This document shows, piece by piece, positions 47,201 through 59,200 of a stretch of 64,000 nt of DNA. Each line of letters starts with the position of its first letter. Within the stretch, counting starts at the first letter, position 1. The notes under the pieces were generated by a model. The model was given only the letters and a program-made list of their open reading frames with translations, did not search any database and was not told the origin of the DNA. Both the position numbers and the translations under genes were made by a program. This stretch comes from Orbicella franksi. Lineage: Eukaryota. The DNA lies in contig OZ116707.1 of the NCBI GenBank assembly GCA_964199315.1, positions 22,878,001 to 22,942,000 on the forward strand, given 5' to 3'.

Positions 47201-50200
47201 GTAATAATAATAATGTGTCTTGCCATAGAAACAACAAAATATGACGCGATCGAACCCAGATTCCCAGATCCATCTTAACAGTGGAACACCGCTTGTGTCA
47301 CTGTAAGGAGGGTTACTTTCGTTGTTGAGGACATTCTGTTGGGAGACTGTATTGTTGATTGCAGCGTCGATTTAAGCGGACAGCGTGGAACGTTAGCCGG
47401 AGTCATAGAGCTGCGCTCTTGTGCATTTTAATGCCCTTAAAAGTCACTTCACTCTTACAGTACCTTGGTCCGCGCTGGTGTCTAAATAAGTGCTAGGGGT
47501 AAACCTGCGATTGAGTAGCATCACATAATAGACGAGTAAAAATACTCCTAGTGCCACCATGCTAAGGAAAGGCACGCGCTGGCCTGATGGACCTGTATGT
47601 TCGAAATCAAAGGGTTGAACGATTCGGAGGGGAGTGGAGGTGGGGGTGGGGGAGAGGGGAAGGGTTGAAGTTAAGTACATAGCCTATCTGCTAATAATGT
47701 GGAGCCCGTTAAAGATTTTAATTTTATCGTAGGTAACAGGCTGAGGACTGCCCGTCGCTACAGGAGACAAGCTGTGAAGGAAGGCCGGTGCCCCTCTTGG
47801 AGCGTCATCAGGAACTGTTCTTCGCTTGAACAATGCAATTGGGATGGCGACTGTTCCGGTACTCAGAAATGCTGCAGGAGCACATGTGAGACACGCACCT
47901 GCTACGAACCCATTTTGGCAATAGGACCTGGCGAAGGTAAGTTTTCAGGCCAAAGAAAATAGATTGTAAGAGATTACCCTGTTGTGCGAAATTGTTAAGA
48001 GTTAATTCGTAAAAAAGAGAGGATTAACGGTAGTAGAGCCAATCCACCAAATAGGCCTTATTTGCAAGTTAATCCCCCTTACGTTATTTTTTAGTCATTG
48101 TATTTGAGGTATTCCGCGGATAATGTTAACACTGACTTGGTTCCGTGGATGTTTTCGTGGAGGATGGAAATACGTGCAAACCCTCTCGGGTTGTCAAACT
48201 GAGCAAATTTGCTTCACAGGATTGGCTGTGTGTAGGCCTTCCTGGGATTTCCAAAACTGGGACTGATTTAAAAACTATAGTACATTTTGGAGGCATTACC
48301 TTGAGAGTAAGGCCTATAGAAGGGAAATTTCTCTTGTGCTTCATTTTCTCTTGCACCTAATTATTTAGAATCAGCTTGAACCTTTGAAAAAGGTCCGTTT
48401 GTTACATTGATACATTGCATTTGATCCACAGACTGCAAAACAAATATAAGTTCGATGCGATCATGGTTGAAGTTTGTTTCCGGCTACCTTAACTTTTTGC
48501 TACAGATGTTATTGCTATATCTACGAGTATTAAATCGGTGAGCAAGTGCGAGTTGATGGACGAAGCCAATCTCCGAGATCGGACTGTGTCTGCAGTTTTC
48601 GTCTCGATATTGTGTAGCAACTCATCGAACCATGATAGCATGTCCATGAGGACGCTTGCTGTATTGTAGAGTGTTCGCACTTCTGATTTGATAATTAGGC
48701 GAAGATTTTTCACAAGTCAAGAGTCATAGTGTCTCTATATTTGTATAAGTTGCTTGCTTTCTTGATCTTATTCTTGTCGTACTCGACGTTAATTACAAAG
48801 TAGTTGTTGCATTTGTTTCAGATGCGTGCCCAATAGACGAAGTCGCATTGAATAAAGATAGTTCAAATTGTCTTCCTGGAAGAACTAGATTTTGCTTTAA
48901 AAGCAACTGCAAAAGGTAGTTTTCGCTATTGTTGCATTCCTCAGACGAGTTATATAATTTGTTTGACTAACGAGACTGTAGGTGATCTAGTTTAACCTCA
49001 TCTAAGAAATGGCGAATTGAGTCACCATCGCAAAACTATAATTGAGGAGAGGGGGAGCTTCATTACACGACACCCTCTGATAATAATCACCCTTCCCCCA
49101 TGCACTCCGTAGATAAGCCATTAAAGTTACATTTACCGTTAGCTCCATAGGCATAACGTGCTGTATGTTTCACAAGCTTGAGATTCCCCAAAGTTGTTGT
49201 TTTGTCTCTATGACGTTATTTTAAGATTTTGTAATGACCAGTTGCTGTGCATTATTTCATACCAAATTGACGACGAAAAATGCTTTCCAAATCTAATCGT
49301 AACCATTTCTGAAAAAGCAAACTTCGTTTCGTAGCTATTTGTGTTTGTTCTGTTATTTTAGATGCTGTTACCACTATAACACGTGCAACCCTAATCCGGA
49401 ACTTCTTATGTCCAGGGACGAATGTCGAAGAGGTAAATTGTGTAGATCATTCTCTCTTAAGTAAGTAATAAAACACCCTTGTACTCCTGGCTTCGGTAAC
49501 TATTCTATTTGTGTTTGATTGGAAGATATAGCCGTTTTTTGTTCTTTAATGTTAATTGCTTTGCTAGTCCATTTTCTGGTTGTTCCCAGGTTGCTCTGTT
49601 CGCTTGATATAAGCACATGTTCATCGCTTATTGTCTGATCAAATTGTTTTGGTTATTTTTATAACGTGGCCCTGTAATATACTGTAGACAACAACAAGGG
49701 CAAGTTTCATCTGAAGCAGGTGGACTGAGATTTAAAAAGTGCAAACACAGCTGTTTATAGTATTTTTAATGTCAAATACTTTTTCTGTTGCACAGTGCTT
49801 TGTTCTCCAAGGGTATGCAAGTTTCCAGGGGAAGTTTGCGTTTTGGACAAATATAACTCTCCCAGATGCTCCTGCCTGTCAAAGTGCCCTACGCCACAGC
49901 CGGAGGAAAAAGTTTGCGGGACTGATGGTATTCCCTACAACAGCGCTTGTGAATTAAACAGAACAGCTTGTATTTTGGGAATAACTGATATCAAGATTCA
50001 TAACAATGGAGGTTGCAAGCCAAGTAAGTAGATCGACGTATCGTTATTCACTAAATTGTTGCAGTTCTGCTGCTGGATTAGCTCACACAGGCCGATTATC
50101 AGTGGTTAAACCCGTAGGCCGGTCAAAATACGAAAAACACAAATACATCACAAACTTACTTTTCCTGAAGATCAGAAAACCGACGCAATCACGCTCTAAA

Positions 50201-53200
50201 GAAATTTCAGAATGACAGCTGGTCTTGAGAGGAAGTTGTGGGAAGTATCTTTTCGAATCACAAATTTGTTTCTCTTGCTTTCATTCCATTCCAAGATCAG
50301 TGGGTACCGCGCCCACTTTGTTTTGGCGCTTTTTTATACATTCGCTTCATTTAGATCGATCTGAAACCTTTACATAATCTAATTAATATATAAAGTATAA
50401 ATTTCAATGAATGAATGCTAATTATAGTAAATTGTTTACCTCAAAGATTATTCCATTCGCGTGTAGTTTTTGCTCTTGCTTCATATTTTGGTAAAGCGTT
50501 TGCAACAGGCTCTCTCAATGAGCTCTTACGAGTTAGAAATTAATTTGTTCTTATTAACTTTTTTGTTGCATGTAGGCCAATGATTAGATTATTATTTCAT
50601 AACAAAATACTTGAACATGAGCAAGGATAGTTTTGACCTTGTTTAAAATGATTACATTAAGATGGAGTGAAGATTGAAGTCAGTACAGCCCACAAGAGCA
50701 AACAAATTCTGCCAGCCTACAAACAAGGTGAACTCACGTGCCGTTTTGAGGGAGACCCTGTGAGTATCACGTGGAGAAAGGTTGGACTTCGTACTTTGCC
50801 AAATCGAATGATTCCTCGTATGGACAAGCTAGATATTCTGGATGTCGATATGCGCGACAGTGGAATGTACAAATGCAAGGCTTATGACGGATTCTCCACA
50901 GCGGAGGCGGAAATAAATGTTACTATTAACGGTAAGAGTTAAAACATTTAAATAAACACAATAGTCTTTTTTCTTTGGTTTAATGTAACGTGGCTCAATA
51001 GGGTAATGATTTATCGCGTTCCGCGCGCTAGTGTTATGTTTTGAAAGTTGTTTTTGGATTCGTTTTAACACCAAGTCCTCTCAAACTTATTAAATGTAAT
51101 AAGCAATGATTATATATTGATTTACCATCATCTCTATTAAAATCTTGGATTTTAATCTTGAATTATAAATGCCCAAGCAAATGCATTTTCTACTGTTTTT
51201 ATGGCTTTATTTGTCATTTCCTTGAACTTCCTTCGCTGAATTCTTCCAAAAATTTTACAGCACATTAAATCCGGCGGGATACGAATTTCAAAAACGAAAA
51301 ACAAACAAACAAACAAACAGACAGACAGAAACATAAAGTACCTTGCATCATGTCTTAGTTCCTGTAACCTTGGTTTACATAATGTGTACAACTTAAATGT
51401 TTGCGTCACTCGCAGGACCATCTTCTCCCAGTATTGGAAATAACACGTCTCGCACAGATTGTCTACAACCTCGAAGTACTGGGTACTGTAGAAGATACAT
51501 CGTTCGCTGGTACTTTGATGGTGAAGGTGGTGTCTGCAGACCATTTGTATACGGTGGCTGTGGTGGAAACAAAAATAATTTCCAGACTCAATTAGAGTGT
51601 AGCTCTTCTTGCAGTTATGCAGGTATTTCGCACTTGCAACTTCGTCTAGCAAATCTATCTGGCGTAATCAGGCGTTTACATGGTGACGGGCATACTAAGG
51701 AAATACGACCTCTTTTTGGTGTTTTCGCCATCTTGGGCTTTAAAACGGCTGAAAGATCCTCGCAACGAGGTCTACCTCGTTCCCAGTGCTTTTTCCTTTC
51801 CCGGTAACGAGATTGCGACGAGGTTGGAATTTTACATCGGAAAACTCAAAGCCCAAGTTGAAACGTTCAGCGCTTTTAAATTGATTTAAATTGTTAAATT
51901 GTTTTAAATTGTTGAAATTGTTTCATTTTATTAGCGTCAATGCACCTAACTGATGAAGAGCGAAAATATTCAGCTCGTTAAATTCCGCTCGTAATTCTTT
52001 TACTTACTTTGCAGCTGGTGACATATGCATTTTGCCAATGATCAAGGGCCCTTGTAAAGGCTTCATGCCGCAATGGTTTTACAATTGGAAGAAAGGACGA
52101 TGTGAACAGTTTATTTATGGCGGGTGCAGCGGTAACGCCAACAGATTTAACACCAAGGCAAAATGTCAACTTCGATGCGTAGGTAAGTGATAAGACAAAC
52201 CCTACAATGAATGTCAATGTTGTCAACGTTTCGCAATTCAGAAATCTCTTTCAAAGCGTTGTTTTATATGTTTTTTTTTTCTTTCCCAGTGGATCCGTCG
52301 GCAAACACTGCATGTTTACGCCAACAGTTCTTAGCCAGGCGTAACAAACGTCTTGGCGTGTTTGTACCAAGATGTCTTCCCGACGGAGGGTATGATAAGG
52401 TTCAGTGTCATGGATCAGTTTGTTTCTGTATGGATGAGGAAGGAGAAGAAGTTCCAGGGACGAGAGTTTATCGAAATCAAGCTCTCGACTGCACGGGAAA
52501 ATTACCACTCCCAACTGGTAACCATTCTCGATTTATGTCTCAATCTTGAGTAGTGTGCTATTTATCTTCACAAAGTTTGTTACATTACCTAACTGACAGG
52601 TAAAGGGAATAAAGAAAATGGTCAACATTGCAATATGTCAGAAATTAAAGGCGTTTGGTTAAACGTTGTTCCACTGTCCCCGTCTTACGATATGGTCAGT
52701 TAGTTCAATTCTTCGTCTGTGTGAGCATGTTTAACTCCTGTACACGTGTAACCAACTGTGCCACAATATAAATGGTTTTACCCCGTTTTGGGCAGAAAAA
52801 TGGCAGCGATCTTGAGTTTTCTCATCTGAGTTCAGCCTCTGTACATTGGGGGAGGAAGGGAGACTTCAGGCACTGGACTATTTCTGCGGCTGTGAAAGTT
52901 GTTGGAGGACATGTTATTTGGTGAGAGGTCAGCCGTGAGACCTGAAACTAATACCATTAATTACGTCAGGGTTTTCTCTAAACTGAAAAATCTGATAGTG
53001 TTTCGGTGGCCATAATTTATACAATATAAATTACCTGAAAAAGCTTGTTAGTCATAACGTAGTTTAAACCTGGTTAATCTACAATGACAGCCTACTTATC
53101 TCGTCACCTTCCATGTTTGAATTAAGAGCAAAAAGTGATTAGAAAGTGATTTAAACAGTGATCATAGCAAGAGGTTAACTGTTTTACTAATTTCTTCATA

Positions 53201-56200
53201 AAAGTTTTCTTTCGCCTTTTGCAGTTGGTGGTTTGTCTCCTTGTCAGAGGGTTCGACAAAATGCTAGCGCTGTACCATTTGGTTCTTCTTACCTTATTCG
53301 TTGTAAGCAGGACGGTAGCTATGAAGAAGTGCAGTGTAGTGGATGGACTGGCTTCTGCTGGTGTGTAGACAAAAGTGGTAATGAACTTGAGGGATCCAAG
53401 ACTAGAGGACCTTTGAAATGTCCTGTCCTAGGTAAGTATGCGAACTAACTTTAGAGGTCATGAAAGGTAGAAAGATCTTCCCAGGTTGTGAAGAAATTTA
53501 TCACCATCTGTTGGAAATGGAAAGACGAGACATTCGACCTCATGACCCGGTTGAACACTTTGAAGCCATTGGGGAACAACAAACTACAAACAGTGCTCCT
53601 CCTTTTCTTATCTTATTGTATTTCAGCCATTGATTTTCCGCCGTCTTATTTGTAGTATTGCGTGCTACCAGGAATACAAACGTGCGACACCTATTTCGCG
53701 GGGGTGATAAGAACTACTGCTGAAATCCTAATGCCTCTTTTAGTCCAATGGCAAATGGTTACAATACTTTTTACACGTACCCCTACCAGCGTGAAGCAGG
53801 ATGATTTGATTACACTGCCAATATATGTACTTAACACTGTTCACTAATAAGAACTGCTACACGTGTGCCATTATTTCTCTTGGTTACAGATGTTCGTTTG
53901 ACGCTCTGTCAGCGTCGGTACCTAGAACATTCCAGAAGTCCGAGACCAGACAAGGAAATACCGAGATGTCGGCCCGATGGAAGCTTTGAGGAAGTTCAAT
54001 GCCGAGGCGTGATATGTTTTTGTGTCGATCCCGATAATGGCAGGGCAGTAAAGGAGACCAACATTAATACGTTATTTGGAGAACCGAGATGTGATGAAAC
54101 AGGTAGAAAACCCAAGAGTACTTTTATACAAAAACCAAAAACAAAAACAAAGGGCAACAAACATACTACCAACAGAAAAATTAACAAACAAAAATTTTCG
54201 GAAGATGGTGACATTTCACGTGTTTGGTAATAGATACCAAAACTGAAATTCACAATTGCACTTAGACCGGCAAATCGTTTTCACCATGCCTGTGGGCACA
54301 GAATTGTTACCGACCTTCTTCTATCAAGCTTCTATTCTAAGTCCCGAAAATAATAAATGAATATTAAAATAACAATAGATATCCCACAATCCCCTGCGCT
54401 GTACATATCATCATTTTCCCCTCCTTTGTGCACATTTTCTCCTACGAAATTACTTGTTTGTGAGAGAACCCTCCCTCCCACCCCCGGCATGACGCGATGT
54501 CAGTCCTTCATGCACATGAATAAACCCCTCCATATCTCATTCTTATATATTCATATCTATTGAAGGCACTTGAAATATACTACTATTGTCTGTTGTCCAG
54601 GTTCGGATCATGATATTTTACTCGTAAGAATTTTTCCAAATTTTACTATTTCCAGGGGTCCATGGACGCATTATTTCTCAGACGACTTTGAAAATGAAAA
54701 TGAGCTTTGTCCAACATGTAACTCTCGAAGTTAGTAACCTTGTATTTTTTTCTCTCTATAGGTTACGGTCTAACGCTTTGCCAGCGAATGCATCAAGATG
54801 CACTCAGCTCATCTGAGCAGGACATTTACGTTCCTCAGTGCAATTTAAATGGGTCCTTCGAGGAGGTTCAGTGTCATGGACCCAGCAATGAGTGCTGGTG
54901 CGTGGATCAACTAGGAAGTGAGCTAAACGGAACAAGACGAAAGGGACCTTTGAAGTGCACAGGATTCGGTGCGTTAAATTTGCGTTGCGTATTGCGCTGT
55001 GTATTACCGTTTTTATTTTGAGCTTCAAATGGTAGCAGCTGTAATGAACTATAGATAAAGAAAGATTATAGAATAGGCTCCTTGTGGAGGGTTCTCCTGT
55101 GGAAAGTGTTTGAAATAAAATCAGAAACCCTTCACACGAGGAGACCAATCAAACTTTCTTTAGCTTTTACCAGGTACCGACGATCGAAATCGTGAACTAC
55201 AAAAATACAGAACTGTATACCCAAACGTTCGAGTTGAAACTTTGATGAGGCTCATAAGGTATTTTTATGAGGAAAAAATTCGCAAAAATCAACCCACCCG
55301 ATTAGTTTTATTACACCCCCAAAACACTGGTTGTATGACTTAGTTATATACATCTATAAAGAGTAAATTAAAGATCTGAATTTGTTCCCTACGATACTCG
55401 ACTAAGAGTCCAAAATTCCACAAATGAACGACAGGCCCAACGACGTCACTTCGTGATCTGTACTTTTAATCAATTGGCAGTGGTTTTAGTCAATGGGCGT
55501 TAAACATATGCCATATGTTGTAATGTCTTTCAATAGTACATCCCCTAACTGCTTGCCAGAAGGAATACCAGAAGCTCTTAAGGCGGTGGCGACATCCCTC
55601 CAGCCGGTATATCCCTCGCTGTAGGGCGGATGGTAGTTATGCGCAGGTGCAATGCGCTGGAGGAGTTTGTTTTTGTGTCTCTCCACAAGGAAAAGAAATT
55701 CCTGGAACCAAGACAGTTAATTCCGCCAGGCAACCTAACTGCACACACCCAGGTAATCTATAGTATCTTGATTACATATATATTGGAAACCCAATTGATA
55801 GATATGCGAATATGATATGAATTCCCATACCAAATCAATACTCTTGTGAAGGTTGCGTGAATTTTCTCAATTGCCACTTCACTTCCATTGAGCATTATAT
55901 ATTAGCTTCTCGAAATCCAGAAACGCTTTCATACATGAATGAATTTTGCACTTTTTTTCTTACGCGTGTTTGCTTTCAGATGCCAACATCACACCTTGCG
56001 AGAAAAAGCGCCGAGACTCCATTTTCTATTCAAAGAAATTTATTCCTTTTTGTAAACCCGATGGGAGTTGGTCTGAGATTCAATGCGGAAAGTCTTCGAG
56101 GGATTGTTGGTGCGTGGACAGCGGTGGGAATGAAGTCCCTGGCACTAGAGGTTCTAATCTGGAAATTTGCCCTGATTTCGGTTTGTATTTCTTTCCCGAT

Positions 56201-59200
56201 TGTATTCCTAAGTGAAGGAGTTCTATTATGAGTACATTGAAATATCTCGTGACTCTAACTCCAAGCGGTCCATGTTTGGACATTGGGCTGTCTCCACCCC
56301 TCGACTCAGCTAAACAGTTTGATTCATTCTCAAAAACTACACGTTTGACTTTGTACTGACACTTTGAATATGTGATTCGTGTGTAGGTCTCTAGACGCGG
56401 GCAACGGGAGACGGCAAACGAGCCCTTTTTTGCGCCTAGGAAGAAAATAAAAGTAGCGATATATGTCGTCCATCTCGTTCTTTAATCTTACACTTGTGAA
56501 GGCACTTACTCTTTGAATAACTCACTCAAACACGCCCCTCAGTCTCATGCAATCTTTTGTTTCCATTTCTAGGTAAATTAAGCCCTTGCAGAAAGACGCT
56601 ACTGAGCTGGATGAAAAACCCTCATCGAGAGAAACATTTTCCATGGTGCCGAGCTGATGGTTCATTTAACCCTATGCAATGCTACGGCTCATACTGCTAC
56701 TGTGTTAACGAGAAGGGACTTGAAATGCCCGGAACAAAGATTAGTACGTCAGTGGGAAGACCTGTCTGCACATATACAAGTAAGCGGTATTAATATTACT
56801 GGAGTGCAATTGTTTGAAGTTTTTCTTTTCAATCGTTTGAGATCTTTATGTAAGACAGTTTTCATGTTTTGTCTGTCTAGGTGGTACTGTGACTTCTTGT
56901 CAACGTAAACATAGCGAGGCTCCTTTGCAATATTTCCAGGGTGTTTTGGCACCTCGATGTAAACTTGATGGACAGTACGAGGAGGTACAATGTCAAGGGT
57001 CTACTGGAGAATGCTGGTGTGTAGATAAGGATGGAAAAGAAATTCCAGGGACCAGGACAACTAAGCCTGTTAAATGTCCCGTAATAGGTGGGTGTTTGAA
57101 TAAGCGGTCTTTATTTACGCGTAAGATTCTTCTGATACCCTTTATGCCTATAACACTTAACACTTATTAAATTTGCAGCTACTAACAACGAAAACAGAAC
57201 GAGGCATTCCATTGCCCCAGTTGAAGTCGAGTTCCAGTGTAAAATAGTCCTTCTACTTATCATAAATTGATTTGTTACGGTTCATGACTAGTGTGGTGAT
57301 GGTTTATTTTGTTACATCGACCGACAGAAACTTATTTATCTACCTGCCAAGAACGGTACATAGGATATGCCAAGAATCCACTTCCAGGGAAAATGATCCC
57401 TAGATGTAAGGGCGATGGGTCTTTCGAGTCTATCCAGTGCCAGAACCTCCACTGCTTTTGCGTTGACGGGGAAGGAAATCCAATCAAAGGAACGTCCTTG
57501 CCTGCTAGGCTTGGAAAACCTAAATGTGGCCTTTCAGGTTAGTATTAAGTTGGTTTATGTGCATTTAATTTCAGTTTAGGCAATACGTTGTTACGTGACA
57601 ACTCACCTTACATGTATATGCAAATACGTATATTCGCTTTAAACGACTTGCCTATATTTATCCATGTTCGGATAGGTCAAGATCCGCTGTCTACCTGTCA
57701 GAAGAAGCACAAGGAAGCTTTACAACTCCCAGCCACACCGTTGCGGCTTATTCCATCGTGTAAACGCGATGGCAGATTTGAAGAGATCCAGTGTCTTCCA
57801 GTCTCGAGTGAATGTTGGTGTGTAGACGAGTCTGGACAGGAAATCATAGGAACAAGGACGACTGGTTACCTGAGATGTCCTTCTGCAGGTCTGGAAATTT
57901 CTTACGTTTTCTTTTATTTTCTGTAAGCGTCGTCTTTTGTTTAGATGGACAACGTAACCTTCAGATTTGATGTACATAAAAGAAACTGACAATAAAAATC
58001 GTGAGCAAATTTCGATCTCTCTCGAAAAGGCTTGAAGAGCAGCAAGTAGAGTGAAGAACGTAGAGTAGAGAACGTAGAGAAGAGTGTCTCTTTCATCATC
58101 AGTTTCCGTTTAACTTGGTGCGTATTGTCCATTTTGCAGCAGCCGCCTTAACACCGTGTCAAAAGGATTATCAAGAGAGACTCAGAAGCTGGCTTTTACC
58201 GGGCCCTTATATTCCTCGTTGTACACTCGACGGGAATTACGACCCTGTGCAATGCGAAGGATTTTACTGCTACTGCGTCAACGAACATGGGGTAGAATTG
58301 GTTGAAAGCCGAGTAGATATAACTGAAGGGCAACCAAAATGCAAAGCTGGAGGTATGGAATGACAGACTGAGGCATTTTAGATAAAATAGGTAAAATTTG
58401 GTAAATTAGGTAAAATAAATTAAATGTAAGTGGGGGGAATCTTCTTAGTGCCCTTGGAGGCTTTGCAAGTGAAGTGCTCCCTGATGGAATCGTAATTAAA
58501 TGCTCTAGTATTTGCATTGCTTTATTGGGACGCAATCGACTGAAAAGAGTTATTAAATTTCCAGGTTACAAGTTGACTCTGTGTCAGAAGCAGTTTCAGG
58601 ACTATGTAACACATCCTATGCCGGGTCGTTTTGAACCTCGCTGCAGTAAGACTGGAGCCTTCCAAGAGATTCAGTGTCATGGATCTTCTTGCTTTTGTGT
58701 CAACCGTGAAGGCATAGAGTTACCGGACACAAGACGAAGTCTGGCGATGGGTAATCCAGTCTGCTCAAGGCCAGGTAATCATAATCATATAAACTTGGTA
58801 GTTAGTAGAGCTGCCCTTTCATGGACGTGTGTTCAACAGCGCATGCGTAGAATACTTGTTTCCGTAAAATCAATTTCAGGCGGTAGTGCACATAATCGGA
58901 GGCTGTTGAATTGTTTGCAGGTCACGAGGTGGGCTCTTCTATATATATGGTGGTCTGTTTTTTTTTTTTCAGAAATCTCATTAACCCAATGTCAAAAGCA
59001 GTTACAAGAGGCAATAAGCCTTCCCCCAGACCCTGACAGGTTCGTGCCGCGATGTAAATTTGATGGTAGTTTCGAGGAGGTACAGTGTCATAGTTCAACA
59101 GGACCGTGTTGGTGTGTGGACCGAGACGGGAACGAACTGTCATCTACAGCCACAAATCGAACGGTTACATGTCCAAATATTGGTGAGATATTTGTAAGGT

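Noticed and set aside
48109-48266. Phase-1 open frame after the gene B WAP exon as an alternative terminal exon (WAP-only isoform)
   Set aside because: Mediocre acceptor, no clear poly(A) signal and no recognisable motif; it cannot be distinguished from chance.
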